This document shows positions 1-14,449 of a stretch of 64,000 nucleotides of DNA, in pieces. Location: NCBI RefSeq assembly GCF_009834535.1, contig NC_045697.1, forward strand, positions 93,808,001 to 93,872,000, written 5' to 3'. The translations under genes and the position numbers were made by a program. The notes under the pieces are model-generated. The model had not been told where the DNA came from. It did no database searches and saw only the letters and a list, made by a program, of their open reading frames with translations. The first letter of the stretch is position 1. Each line of letters opens with the position of its first letter. Source of the stretch: Camelus ferus (taxonomy: Eukaryota).

Positions 1-210
1 ATTTTGCCATTTTGAAAAGCAGGGTGTATAATTTAATATTTATTACTAAAATTTTATTTATAATAATAATGTTTCATTTGTAAACATTATAAACATTGGC
101 CATGTATATTTATTTTTCTGTGAATGTCTGCTTATATTTTTTTATAGAAAATCATTTATGTGATTAAAGAAATTAATCTCATATTAAAGTATTTGTGATT
201 TGCCACTTCT
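1..210 (-). mobile_element. Old LINE-1 fragment (L1M-type, ORF2 3' region)
   Basis: T-rich text such as ttggccatgtatatttatttttctgtgaatgtctgcttatatttt resembles antisense L1 ORF2 3' end; very decayed. Confidence 0.5.
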
Positions 211-1566
211 TTCTTGAATATACCAGTAATAATTCTACTTACATGTCTTAATTCAAACCAGTCTTATTAAAATCAGCTTTTTCTCATTCTAATAATTGTT
301 TTAACAAGGCTAAAATGCTGTGGCAATTTTATAAAACTCATTGGTTTCCTCTGACGTATATAAATGGAAAAAAATTCTAACTATTAATTAGATAGATATA
401 ATGAACCCAATGAAGCACTGGGACAGTATAAAGAAACCCTGAAAGAATAAAAAAGAACACCAAAATTTGTTTTAATCCATATAAGGAGAAAGCTTTGGTA
501 GTACTAAACAAAACAAAAAACAAATAAAGATTCACAGCACTGGGGGAAAAAATAAGATCTAACATAGGATTTCACTATTCTTGCCATTATTAGTCCTTTT
601 CTCACAGAGAAATTTTGAATAAAATGTCTTAACTACATATTGCTGCCAATAAAATTGACAAGATAGTTACAGAGAAGCTTTCAAATCCATTGCAAAAGCA
701 ATTTATATTCCGTCTACCCACATGTACAGGCAAAGAACAGCACTGGGATTTAGCTGCTTCTAAGTAGTCTTAGAATGAATTTCACCAACATTGATTTAGT
801 CAGTACAGTAAAAATATGCTCTTTATTATTTTTTTTCCAAAAGTAGTACATGCTTTATATTATGGCAGGAATGAAAAAGAAAAAAAAAAAAAGGTGTACT
901 CTTCCACAGAATTCCTTTGGTGTTATACGTGAATTTAAAAAAAAACAATCCCAATCTAATAGTATACAGTTAGCCCACTAATCTTGATATACACTGTTAA
1001 CATTTATAAAATTCACGATTGAAAGTTAGAAAAACAGGAACCCAGGATCTCTCACTGCTACGAAGAGCACTTTTTCTTTTTTGACTATTTCTGTTTTCTT
1101 GGAAGAAGTTTAAAGGACTTCATCCACATGTACCTGCAGTTTCATTCCAGACATACGGTAAAGGATGTGTTGCAATGGCTCCCATTCTCACCCTCATTTG
1201 AGAATGAGGTCAAATCTGTTCCTGTAGGTAAGAAGTGTTCATTCAGTCTTTATTTTTAACAGGAAATTGTGGGTTGACCCATCTCAACTATAAGTTAATC
1301 GAGCAAGTAAAAGATGCTGGGGGAGAGGGAAGTGAAAGGTGGTGAAGGACTGGAAGGCGGACCACCTGTTTTATACAGAAGTGAAATCCATGTCGTAGTT
1401 TAGCCTGTGGTGTGTAGTGATTTACAAGGAACTTAGATAACAAGGATGATTGATGTGGATACAAATACCTACATTAAACCTGCTTTAATATTCCACATAT
1501 ATTTATATTTTATAATTTATAATGTATAAATTATTATAATTATAATATTAGAAATATAGTAATTTC

Positions 1567-2027
1567 TATATCCATCAGGATTCTCCAGAAAAACACAATC
1601 AATAGGCTACATGTACATATATTGAGTTATTTTCAAATACATTATTTTAAGAATTGGCTCATCTGATTGTGGGGCTGGCAAATCTGAAACTCATAGGATA
1701 AGTCAGAAGGATGGAAAGTCAGACAAGGGCTGATATTGTAGTTGTGAGTCTGCAATCTGTAGATTGGGCAGGAAGGTTGGAAAATCAGGCAAGAATTCTA
1801 TAGCACAGTTGTAAGACAGAATTCCTTCTTAGAGAAACCTTAGTTTTTGTGCTTAAGTCCTTCAGCTGATTGGATGGGGCTCACCTACATTATCAAGGAT
1901 GCTCTCTTTTCTTTAAAGTAAACTGGTTGCAGATGTTAATTCCATCTGTAAAATATCATCACATCTAGTGTTTAGCCAAACACAACCAGGCACCATAACC
2001 TAGCGACGTTGACATGTAATCATTACA
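1567..2027 (-). mobile_element. MLT2-family (ERV-L) solo LTR
   Basis: Matches recalled MLT2 motifs: caggattctccagaaaaacacaatcaatagg, gaattggctcatctgattgtggggctggcaaatctgaaa, ccttcagctgattggatgggg, ctagcgacgttgacat. Degenerate 5-bp TSD atttc (1562-1566) / acttc (2028-2032). Confidence 0.9.
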
Positions 2028-5000
2028 ACTTCAGTATGTGATAACTCACATCAAGATTTGTATAAAGCAGCAAGTATGTAGTGAATATAATAACTTATTA
2101 AGCATTATATATTTTAGGTATGTTTTAATGTTTGAAAATGTATAAGGCAAATAAAAAGAAGGATCTGAGCTATCCAATAATTGGAAAATAATGAATTAAA
2201 AGAGAGAAAAAATTTCAGTAGATTAAGTATTCAGAGTGAAGGTATAAATAATATTTTTAAACTGATGTTTTCTCAGACTACAATACCGCTTTTAGTTGAG
2301 AAGCCATAAAACAATTTGAAAAACTTGAATATAAATCAATAAAGAGGAGCTAATGAGCTTAATAGTTATAATAATTAATAAAACTGAAAGGAACACATAA
2401 AGTGAAGGATATAAATGTTTCCCATGGAGAATATGCTTAAAATCCAAATAATCAATAGACCAAATATTTAGTTTTTTTAATTAAATATTTACTAACCTAA
2501 GTTTGCAAAAACAAGAAGCACAAAAGGGAGAATCAATTATTGAAAAGAGACTGAAAATAATATATTTTTACTTTGAATAAACAGATTGATCAAAATAATT
2601 AATATTAAGTTTATTCCATTATATCTCATTTTTTATTGTTATAACTTACATTTCTATCTTAAATTCTCAGGTGATCTGATTTTATTTTTAAAGTTTTCAA
2701 AAGGTTCTCAACCTAAGCCACATTTCAAATGGAACTGATTAAGAGAATACAACAATATTTTACATAACTCAGGGGTCATCTTGTACACTTCCCGGTGGAA
2801 AAACTGTGTGCTGGAAAAACAAGAATGTTTTCAATAGAAACACAGCAGATTCCACTTACTTTTCCAATTGACTTCATTTATGAGAAAACCTTTAAAAACC
2901 TGACACATTTGAGCTATGAAATACCCACTGCAATGAGAAAGGGATTATAATTATTTTTGTTGTTGGAAAAACACTTCCCCCTAGTTTTTCCGTGGCATCT
3001 TCATCAAACCGTCGATACACTATTCATTTTTCTGTTTCTATTGTTGGTCAGGAACAGTTTAGACTGATACTGGGATTACTTAAGGGACAGGAAGGCATTT
3101 CAAGTGGCATTAAAACTTGATTATCTTTCAAAGGAACTTAAAAGTATGCTTTATGAATTATTTAAATGTGATTTCAGTTTTAAATTAGATGTTGTGATTA
3201 CTATAATATTTTCATGAGTGACCACAAAAAATCATATCAAAATAAATTAAAACTAGATAAACAGAAACTACATTATGTTTAGAAGCAAACCCTTGGGGTT
3301 TGGTTTTCACTGCTGCTGTTGCTGTTTTTGTACCGTCAGCTTGTTCCGAGCTTCAGTTTAAATGAAAATGACAATGAATGTGCCTTTTACCCTTTTCCTG
3401 TGTGTCAAGATCTTAAATCTGTTACTTTTTCATGATAATTCTAAATTTGCTCCAAAAGAAAGGGGATGGCTATAGTAATGTGTATGCTTCTTAAAATTTG
3501 TCTTGATGGAACAAGATCAAACAAACAGTAATGAGGCAATGTCTATTTTATACATTCAACTATATTTTTTAAAACTTACTAATGGTTAGTTTATTTAATG
3601 AATGTGTGACTATTTGAATTTACTATTTTAAATACAAGTTATGAATTATATCCCTCTTTGTAGTTTTAAACAAAGGATTACATGCATTTCAGTAATGAAA
3701 CAATGATACATATATTGATTCATGCATTGACTTTTTTCAGAACAACTTCTGCTATCATTGATATAGCTTGACTTGTAAAACTAAGCATCATTTGAATTCA
3801 ACTGCAAACTGCCTTACATTGTCTTCCTACTTTAATTCTTTTGAAATAAAATGAACTGTTCCCACAAAGCATTCAACTAAACATTAATGTATAAACTTGT
3901 TTGAAAAAACTTAATTTTTTTGTTATAAGATTAATCAAAATCTATTTTGAGTTACTAAAAACATTGCACTGAATTACATTCAGTGGGCTTTAAAAAAAAT
4001 CTGGTGACTCCACTGAGTTTAGTTATTTTTTCATACTTTCATTCTTTACCTCAGACTATTCGGAGGTCAACACAGGATGATGCAGAGATTTTCAAGTTAT
4101 GACACTCACACTAGTGGGGAATAGGAGAATTTCAGACTAGCATGCTGGTACAGAGTGTTGTGGCAATAACTCCCAGGTCCTTAACTTCCATATAGACTTT
4201 TCCCTAAAACTGACTTTCCTGAAACTGCACCTGCAGACAAAGTTCATCTCCATCCATTCCTCCCATTCCAAGGCCTTCTCCCTCTGCTACCCTTTCCAGC
4301 TTTATAAGAAAGGCATCTTCTCTGGAATGTTTCCATGGTGAATGTGGGGTGCAAAAATGCTGGGGTGCTAAACAAAGAACAATTTAAAATATATATAGTC
4401 GTGAAGCTTCCTTTAACTACCACGAAGGTATGTCTTTCTCTCTTTTATAGGTACTGCTATTGAGGGTATCAAAACAGCATATTTTTTCCTCGTAGGGATA
4501 TTATATTGCAAAATGCGGTGAGGTTGATGACAGATTTTATTTCATGACCTCACCTCTTCTATTCCCTAATGATCACTGCTGAGGAGATTTCCATGACAGA
4601 AAAGAAGAGAACAAAGTGAAACACTGAGGATGGTGACATCTTATTACATGCAAGTAACAAATGTGTGGCAAGGTCTGAATTTTGCTTATTTTATCTTAGA
4701 ATTAGAACTCAGAAACCAGATAGTTTTCATGGAAATGGTCATTAGCATGTTTTCTGAATTGAAAAATGAAGGCAGACATTTTGGATAGAAACTCTGATTT
4801 GGTTGATTCGTTTGACACTGAATTCTGGCTTTGGCAATTAGGTTACATGGCACACATTTTCTCTCAAATTGCACCAGTTAAATCTCACTTCTAAACTTTT
4901 GAGGAAAATACATTTAAATACATTGGCAAAAGTGTTTTCAAATCTCAAATGTTATAAATTACCAGTCTTACAGCATCACGATGCTTTAATGTAATAATGA

Positions 5001-6037
5001 AACTTTCTTAAACAGGAGCACATATATAAATGGCCTTTCTGAAATGTATTCACATGTAATTTTTAAACTTAAAATTAATGGTAAGGTAAATGTTATTCCT
5101 ATCGCCTTGCTTTTCATGTGTTCAATGTATCTTTTGAACTGATACCCTGTGACAGTCAACAAGCTGGCTATCTTAATGAGCACTTGTGTGCTTACAGCTC
5201 TGAGATGTGACTTGAAGAGTCTAAAGATTTTTAAGATCAAAATATTTCCCTGAATATCACAATAAATTAAAATTCAATATTAAAACTGTCTTGTTGAATT
5301 TATAAGAAATTGTTTACAAACAACATTTCCATAATTTCATTTAGCCTTATAATATTCAATAGCTAAGTAAAAATTAAAGGGCAATGTATGACTGTATTCT
5401 AAAAACATCTTTTTTTATAGACCTTCCTGGTGATAACAGTCACAACTGCATTTTCTTCTGAAATAAAATACATGTAAAAAGGCTTCACTTTGTCAAGAAT
5501 GTAAAGTAATATATGAGAGGTAGGAAAAAAATAAAACCATAAAACCTCAATACTATGTAAAACCTTCTACAATTAAAATCCAACTATTTATAAGCAAAAT
5601 TTACATATAATATCTCATTTATACTTCAAATTCTGAGTCTGTACTATTACTGTCCTCATTGTACAAAGAAAACTATAATTTTATTAGCAAAAGATATTTC
5701 CTTGCACTCTCAAAACCTGCTCACTCCCTCATTATCCTAATTTGCTTCATATTTCGAGTGGTACTTCTACTAACCTAATTATATGTACATGTATCCCCAA
5801 ATCAGGTAAACATATTCACCATAATTCACGTGAGAGACAGTATGGAGATAAACCGTCTTCCTGAAAGCCCTGGAATATGATGAAAGCAAATCATAAACTT
5901 GTCCTCAATCCTGCAGGCCAACCAAATGAGACGTGGAGAGAGACAAGAACATTCATCAAACAAAGCCGTCCTTCCACCCTCTTGGATGTGTGTGGCCCTC
6001 CCCCTTCCCCCACATGAGGAACCGGAGCGAAGGGTGG

Positions 6038-6290
6038 GAGGCAGCTGCAGTAGTGGTTAAGAAAGTGTAACTGCAAAATCATAGGGCCTGGAATATTAAT
6101 CCTGGGACTTTAACATACTAGCTGTATGGCCTTGAGCATAGAATTAAGTATTCTAAGCTCCAGTCTCCCTGCTGGTATTGTAAAAGCATTTGTAATAGCA
6201 TTGTTTTGAGAGTTAAATGAAGTAATCCATTGAAAGCAGTTAGCTCAGTGACTGCAAAGTAAAAGCACAGCCAAACTGGGAGCTATTGAC
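6038..6290 (+). mobile_element. MIR SINE, near full length
   Basis: tRNA-like head gcagtagtggttaagaaagtg, core actagctgtatggccttgagca, tail gttttgagagttaaatgaagtaatcc...agctattg. Confidence 0.8.
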
Positions 6291-6390
6291 TCCTTATCAA
6301 CTGAGGATATTTTAGGTTCATTTTCCTTCTTGATTTCAATTTTGGGGAAATTTTATTATTAATAGCATGTGTCTCCAATACCTAAATCAC

Positions 6391-6893
6391 CGGCCATTCT
6401 ATTTAGTTCTTATTTTTAGCAAAAAGAAACGCTCTCTTACGGGTGGTAGTTGAAACTTCTGGCTTGTTTTGGATATTTCCTGTGACATTTTTAATGGTGT
6501 GACATCTATAGCCAATTATTGTGATTGGCTAGTCAAAAAACACTCGAATTAGCAATTTTACCAAATCATCACTACTTTTAAATTAGTGCAGAAGACAAAA
6601 AGAAAAAATAGCTATGTTAGAATTGAAAATGTTTTCTTTAATCCTCTAATTAGAAACGCACGTAGATTGGCTGCTGTTTATCAAGTCAGCCGTCACACCT
6701 GTCTACCTCATATTTTAAGTCCCATTTTTTGTAGACTGATGTTGGCTCTAAATGCAATTATCTCTCATTATAAAGCTTTTTAGTTAGTGTTTTATGTTTT
6801 TTGAAAGCTGTGTTATACGCTACATGGTTTATTCGGCAAGAGTTGCATTTTGTATTCTTTGAACGATCGGGATTGTATTCTTAGTCATCGGGA
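6391..6893. promoter_or_regulatory. Candidate conserved non-coding / cis-regulatory element
   Basis: 12 CpGs in about 500 bp of AT-rich, non-repeat-looking DNA; three CCAAT boxes, T-box site tcacacct (6693-6700), TGACA and TAATTA motifs. Function is inferred only. Confidence 0.4.
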
Positions 6894-8287
6894 ATATAGT
6901 ATAAATATTCAAGTCTTTAATTAATGCTTTAGTACTTACTCACCAATGAAAAATATAATACTCCTCTCATTACTAATAAATTATATATATAGAAATATAT
7001 ATAAAAGTTAACTATATTTCCTTCAAATTAGCATTCAAGCACGTAATATATGCTGTTCATTTGCTAAATCCTCTCACAGATTACCTGTTTAATCATACTC
7101 TACATAACCTTAATAAATGCACTTTTTTGATAAAAAGTTGTTCTCTTGAAAGAAAGCACACAAATCAAAGAATGTCTTTTTCTTGCTCAGATAATTCAAT
7201 ATCCTATTTCACTTATATTCTTATTCTCATTTTTTAATCTATAAAGGTACATAAAATACTAATGATGTCACTTCTGCTCATACAATTTGGATGATTTTAA
7301 ATTAAATTGATTTTCAACTTATAAACAAATATCTACTTCAGAGAAATTATTAATGTAGACATTCTTTGAATTTTCTTTCAAATTAGCTAAGTTTTCATTC
7401 TTTTTTTTTTTTTTGGCCTAGGATCCCTCCCCACCCAAAATCTGGCTTGTTTTTATTCTTTTTTTTGTAGTGTAGATTATATTAGAATAGAATTTATTGT
7501 TTGTTCAAAATAGGTTGCCTCTAAATCATTAAATATATACTTCACATTAATATATAAAATGCTCTTTAAGGTAAACTATATAAATAATTCTGTCCCCAAA
7601 TACTCTTTCCTTTAAAACCTCTGGCTGAAATGCAAATACATAAAGAGAAAGATGGTGAGAGTCTATGGTAAATAATTTGCCTAAGAGGTCATTAGTCCTG
7701 AAATATAATCTTTTTTTCAATATTATAAACTTCTATTTCCTTATCCTCAGAAAGATGAATTTAAGAAAATTAGGATTATTCACCTACTAACTGTGTGATT
7801 TGATTTAAAACTGTATCTCATACATACAAAATAGTCTTGAACTTCCACTGATGTTTTATAGATCGATAGGAGACTTCTTTTATCTATAATAAAGCATTAT
7901 ACATTTGATAAATCTAGATTGTGAAAATGATAAATCCAAAACGCATTCGTTCATGACCTTTTAGATTTTCTTTAATTAAAGCTCCTTTTTAAAAAAAATC
8001 CTGCTAGGGTACCAGTCTCTATAGTAATGACATATTTTGTATGATATTAGAGGTACTGAAAACTGAGCTACATTCTTCTAGTTCTTCCCTTGACCTCTAT
8101 AGCTACCTTCCTCTCCCATGTCTCCTGTAACACTTTCAGCTAATGATACAATAAAATTATTTCTTCTTACATTTTCTATCTATCTATCCTAGTACTATAA
8201 GTAGATTTACCAAAAAAATTGGTTTATATTTAAACTCAGAAATTTTGAGAGGGAAGTGAGGACATAAAAATAATTTAAATGACATAC

Positions 8288-9520
8288 TTTTTTATTATCT
8301 AAATTTCAGGTTTGCAGCATTAGATGTCCACATCTGTGTACACTATACAGTGGTCACTCCCACAAGTCTAGTTACCACCTATCACATACAGTTGACCCTC
8401 TTCACTTCTTTCATCCATCCCCCAACTCATTTCCTCTCTGGTAACCACTAATGTGACCTCTGTATTTGTGAGTTTATGAGTTTATTTTTGTTTTACTTTG
8501 TTCGCTCATTTGTTTTGCTTTGTTTATAGATTCTACATATGAGTGAAATCATATGGTATCTGTATTTCTCTGTCTGACTCATGGTACTTAGTCTAATACC
8601 TTCAAAGTTCATCCAAGTTATCAAAAATGGAAGAATTTCATTCTTTTTTATGTCTTAGTATTCCATTGCATATATATATATACCACATCTTTATCCATTT
8701 CTCCATTGATGGACACTTAGGTTGGTTTCATGTATTGGCTATTGTAACTAATGTTGCAGTGAACATAGGAGTGCATTTGTCTTTTTGAACTAGTGTTTTC
8801 CTGTTATTTGGATAAATGCCCAGAAGTGGAATAGCTAGGTCAAGTGGTAGTTTTATTCTTACATTTTTGAAGAATATCCACTGTTTTCCATAGTGGCTGC
8901 ACCAATTTACAGTTCCACCAACAGCCTACAAGAGTTCCATTTCCGCCACATCCTCTCCAAGATTTCTTGTTTCTTATCTTTTCAGTACTAGCCATTCTAA
9001 CAGGTGTAAGGTGATATTTCATTGCATTTCCCTAACAATTAGTGATGTTGAACATCTTTTCATCCATCTGTTGGTCATCTCTATTTCTTTTAAATAAATG
9101 TGTATTCAGATCCTCTGTCCATTTTTTGATTTGGCTGTTGGCTTTTAGCTGTGGGCTTTTATTATATTAAAGTATGTTCTCTCTATATCCACTTTTTGAA
9201 AGTTTCTATCATAAATGCTCTTTTGTATCTTTTGAGATGATAATGTGATTTTTATCCTTCATTTTGTTAATTTGACGCATCATATTGATTGATTGGAAGT
9301 TGTTGAACCATTCTTGCATGCTTGTAATAAAGCACACTTGATCATGGTGTATGATGCTCTTAAATGTACCATGGGATGTGGTTTAGTAATATTTTGTTGA
9401 GGATTTTGCATCTATGTTCATCAAGGATGTTGACCTATAATCTTCTATTTTGTGACGTTCTTCTCTGGTTTTGGTATCAGACTGGCTTTGCAAAATGTAT
9501 CTGGAATGTTTCCCTCTTCT
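8288..9520 (-). mobile_element. LINE-1, 5'-truncated and internally deleted (3'UTR and ORF2 C-terminus fused to an RT-region piece)
   Basis: ORF 8840..9022 ([11 protein letters not shown]...LVQPLWKTV) is L1 ORF2p C-terminal sequence. 9140-9520 (gttgaaccattcttgcatg, ttgttgaggattttgcatctatgttcatca) is antisense L1 RT-region sequence. Confidence 0.92.
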
Positions 9521-11699
9521 ATTCAGTGGACATATGATTCATGCCACCATAACTGAGAACATGGCGACATTCACAGTACAAAGTGGAGTTCTAAAAAATC
9601 CATTTGCAGCTTAGTTTATTAGTTATTAATAAAAATACTTTGCTAAAAGATGAACATTCCAGGACAAATGTTCGATACTGTGGAGATGCCTGACACACCG
9701 AAACACACAGGGCCCCTTTAAATTGATTTTATGTCATAATCATATTTCCATTCTCAAAGTGTTCTGCATCCTCAAATCAGAACTGCATCGTCAAACCTCA
9801 CAATTATAGCACTTGATATGTAGTTTGCACTCCCTATTGATTCCAACCATTGCATAAATAAGGAAAAAAACACTGTGAGATTTTTATTTAAGGAGTGTTA
9901 TGTAATTAGTAAATGAATGAAAACTGTACTTCAATCATCTACATTTTCTTTCTTTTCTTCCCACTCTGCTCCCTTAATTTATGCAGTGTGTTTGCCTGAA
10001 AGAAACTAAATTATCATAACTTAATGTATTCAAGTTCATTCTTAACTTTTTCTCTTCCATACTTAGAATAGTAGTCAGGTCTTCAAGTTAATTTAGATCA
10101 TATATGAAAAATAAAATTACTTTTTAAAAATGAGTAGTTAAAACCTCCAATAACTTGAATCATGCTTATAGCCTGTAATAATCTAAAAACTTGGTCAGCA
10201 ACAAGATGATAGTTGAGGAAAATCTATTGATCTTAATGGGGTTTATGGTAAAATAGAAGGGAACTGGACTTTTTGAAAATAAAATTTAGTACTATTTTTT
10301 ATTAATAACATTAGATATTAAGAAATAATCATGAGGCTCCCTTTGATTTTGGTAACTAGAGTAAAACATATGATTGTTGGGAGGAACTGAATCTGATAAT
10401 TCATGGGAAAACATTTTTCACAATGGATGGTACAAATGTTAAGTGCCATTATCATAATCCTTATGTGGTTTGTGATCACTCACATAATTTGATACAGACT
10501 CTGAAGACAATGATAAGCGTTCCCTAACATTGATCCTATGCTAAGTCCATGCAAATGGTAGTTGCTATTCAAAATAATAAAACTCTACCTGGAAACGCTA
10601 TGTGATACAGGCTAATAATATATCTCAACAACAAGTGGAGTACTTCTTTTCTAATATAAGTATTGCTACCCAGGAAAACAAGTGGTGGATTGCTCTGAAC
10701 TTAGAAATTGTGTTTCCTTAGGATAATACTAGCTCTGAATACTTCACATGTTTACCTAAATTAAGAAATCTCCCTCATTTCTTCTTTTGTAATATATATG
10801 TAATATATATGTATTTTCTCCCTTGTTATATACATACACATACATATATACTATATGTATAACATATATATTACTTATATATATTTAGTAATTTGGTAAT
10901 TTAACCCTTCTTCACAAGGTAGGTTTTATTTCTGTCTTCAAACATAGTTAATAGTGTTTACATTTTGTCCATTTGATAAATAAATTATCAAGGCCACCTT
11001 TAAAATACTCAAATGTCTTTTCTCAACCTACTGGCTTTCTATATTATCTTTCCTTATTAATTTTTTCCCTCTTCTACTTTTATCTTTTTTCCCTAATATT
11101 TCTGAAACTTAGTTTTGTATTCTGTTTTGGTAATTCTATGAATTTTATATTTTATCTCTTTTACGACCCTTATTTACCCTTGACTACTTTTTCCATCTTC
11201 TCCTCCAACAAACTGAAACAGCATTTTTATTACATAAGCTTTTGGCAATATCCTGCTGAAGTTTATTTAATATGATGCTGTGAACTGATTTCTTCACTTT
11301 TTATAATTAATAGTTAAATATTTTGACTAATTATTAGTGGCATAACAAAGTTTTTAAAATAGAAAATAGTAAATCAGAAATCTCTGTAGAATATAATTAT
11401 TCTGGATTTTTTATTTTTATTAAATTATGAATCAGACTAAAAATTAACATGCTCTTATTTGCAGATTCTTCTATCTGACCATATATTTTTTCTATTTTTT
11501 TAATTAAATAAGTAACAAAGACCTACCTAAGAGTAATTTTATTCAGTTCTATAAAGATAAATTTATTCTTTTCTCTTTTCCTTTTATTGACAGGCAACAT
11601 TCTATTTTACAGAATAAAGACTTTTTTAAACCTTATGCATATAAGTTACAAAACTTAAAAAATATATAGATGACATAATTTAAAAGTCCAACAGTTTTA

Positions 11700-12205
11700 C
11701 ACTGATGATATGAATTAGTTTACTCAATACTCACTCTAATTCCTTTTAATCACACCTCCCAGTGGAAGAGTAGAACATGAAAGGTTAAACTACACTTCCT
11801 AGACCTTTTCCTACTTAAGATTTTAGGTGTGACATAGATTCAGCCATTGGCTTTTGAGGAAGGGTTAAGCTCCATGTAGAAGAAGGCATCTATTTTGAAG
11901 AAGCAGATTATGGAAGAGAAAGTGTGCTTTTGGATCCTGCCGCTGTTGTACTGATGTCCTGATCCAAGAGACTGCTTCAAATCTGGCAGCTTCCTCTTCT
12001 TGGCAGAGGAGAGTTTGTTCAATAAACAGCACTCATAGCTGTGCCACTTTCTGATTGTGAGCCAGCAAATACTACTTCTTGGTGGTCCCATTCCGCAGTG
12101 TGGAGTGGTAGATGTTTCTAGAGGTTCCACCTTCCAATAGCTACAATCTATCTAAATAGCTAAGACGGGACTGTTGCTAACAACTCAAAGCATTACTTGC
12201 TTGAT
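11700..12205 (+). mobile_element. 5' LTR of old ERV-L-class provirus
   Basis: aaactacacttcctagacc...gtgtgacatagattcagccattgg and cagcttcctcttcttggcagagg resemble old ERV-L-class LTRs; similar motifs recur at 15.7-16.0 kb. Subfamily not assigned. Confidence 0.6.
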
Positions 12206-14449
12206 TAATTATTTCAGTAACAGCCATTGGCCACACATTCTCAAGAAAATGGGAAGTTGGAATTTTCTAGTTAGGTTTAAAGGCAATAACGTGAGGAAAA
12301 AGTTAGCCCATTAAAACCCCATGTTTATTACTTGGATTATCACTGATGAACACCTGAAATTAAGTAACATAAGTCACTGAAGGTAAGTCCTGGTGACCAA
12401 ACATTTGCTGTGAAAATGATTAGCGGTTTTGCAAGTAATAAAAAGACCACGGGAAGTCTGGGTGTTTTAATCCATCAGGAAAATCTTTAAAAAATATAAA
12501 ATAAAGGGCACCAGCTTTTTATTTCTCAACTCATAGCAAAGTCAGAAGATCTGAGGGTTTCTATGACTGACATAAAGGATTATTTTAGCTCTTATAACAA
12601 TAGGGTTGCTATACCTGAAAATGAGATTCCAAGTTTCATTCTGTGGGTTGGTGAATTATAATGTAGGTTCAATTTGCCAGATATCTTTAGCGAAAGTTAG
12701 AAAATTTATGGAACTGGGTGGATTCCGAAATGTAGTAACGGCAATTAGGAAGTGTGGATGACTCACAGTACTTTGAAATATCCAACTCACACCAAGGATC
12801 TCCCCCAGGAATAAGCCAACCTTCTTCTCTGACTGATGAATCACCCAAAATATTCCTTTGTAACAGCAAGTCAGGTCTTTCCATGCCACCCTCCATCTGC
12901 TGCAGATTTAAATTAGAGGCCAGAAATCAGCATAGCACAGAGAGCTAATAATTAAGTTGTACCTTGAATGAAATGCTTACCCACTAGACGAGATTTAACA
13001 TTTTATCATTATAAGGGGAATAGAGGGAAGAATGTATGTGGGGATGCATTCTGAGGCGTCTAGAACAGAGAGTGAAAAACAATTTTAAAGCAGAAGAAAT
13101 TCATAGATATGAGTGCATATACCAGATATCTCATATAAAAAATGCTACCTTGATTTTCTGAGAGTGGTTCTAATTACCAAAGCAGTAGATGAAATGCAGA
13201 TCCAATACTGGCCTAAGATAAGTTGAGATTGAAAGCCTAGAAATTCCTTGATAGAAAATGACTACTACAGTCATTTGTTCTCGTTTTAAGGCAGCTCTGA
13301 ATGACATGTGGATTAGGAACTTCAGGGAGTATATTTGGGCGTCCTAATTACCAAGAAAGAAAGATTACCACTGGAGTTTTAGATCTACAGTGATTTTTGG
13401 ACACAAGTTAATTGTTTTCATGAAGGATCAGAGAATTGTGTAAATCAATAATAGAAAGTGTAGCTAGACATATAAGGATAAACCTCACAAAATGCTTGTT
13501 TCCATATGAATGCTTAATATCTTAGAGAACATCTCAATGACCAGGTGAACAATACAATTTCTTCACAGAAATCATATTTCTCTAGCCAGTCATCTCAATG
13601 CTTTATCAAATGGCTCATGCAATTTGCTGTGGTGACAGGAATAGAGATTATGCACTGGATCAAAGATATAAATTTTCTCTGTCACGGGTGATCACTGCTA
13701 CTGCTAAGTGTCTAATCTGCAAATTTAAAGACACATGATAAACTGCTCCAACTGATGTCACATCTTAAGAAGCCCAGGGAGCCACCCAGTGTCAGATCAA
13801 GTACATTGGTCCCCTTCTATCATGGAGGACACAGTGATTTTCCCTTGTTTTTTATCTTTACTGGTCTTCCTCACCAGCACAATTCTACTGGCGGTAGCGA
13901 CTATGAATCTTCTAAATGCTTAACAGCCCATCATGATATTCCACACAATAGTATCTCAAAGAAGGGCTTCATTTTATATAGAAAATGAACTTGTCTTCAA
14001 GATTCACTGGTCACACCATGTAATATATTTACCTAGAAGCAACTACTGTTATAGAATAGAATTAGAGGCTCTGGAAAACTCACTTACAGCCAAAGATCTC
14101 AAAAACATCTTGAAATTTAGCAGTGCTGTTCTCAGATCCACACTTTGCTCAAAGTAACAGCTAATATAGTATGATCTTTCCTTCATAGCCAATGTATCAT
14201 TTCCAATCCAAAGAATCTCATTCTATTACAGCTAATGAGATACTTGATTTTCCCCCATTTCTGCCATTTTGGACTTTGCTTGTTTGGCGGTTCTGGTATT
14301 TAAGGGAGGCATAATCATTCCAGGGTGTAGCACACGGTTACATTGAAGGTTGTTAATGCAGCCATGTTGGACTCCATATGATCATAACAAAAGAGGGAAA
14401 AAAGGGGTTGACTTGGGAAATTAATCCTGCTTATCCAAAGAACAGATAA

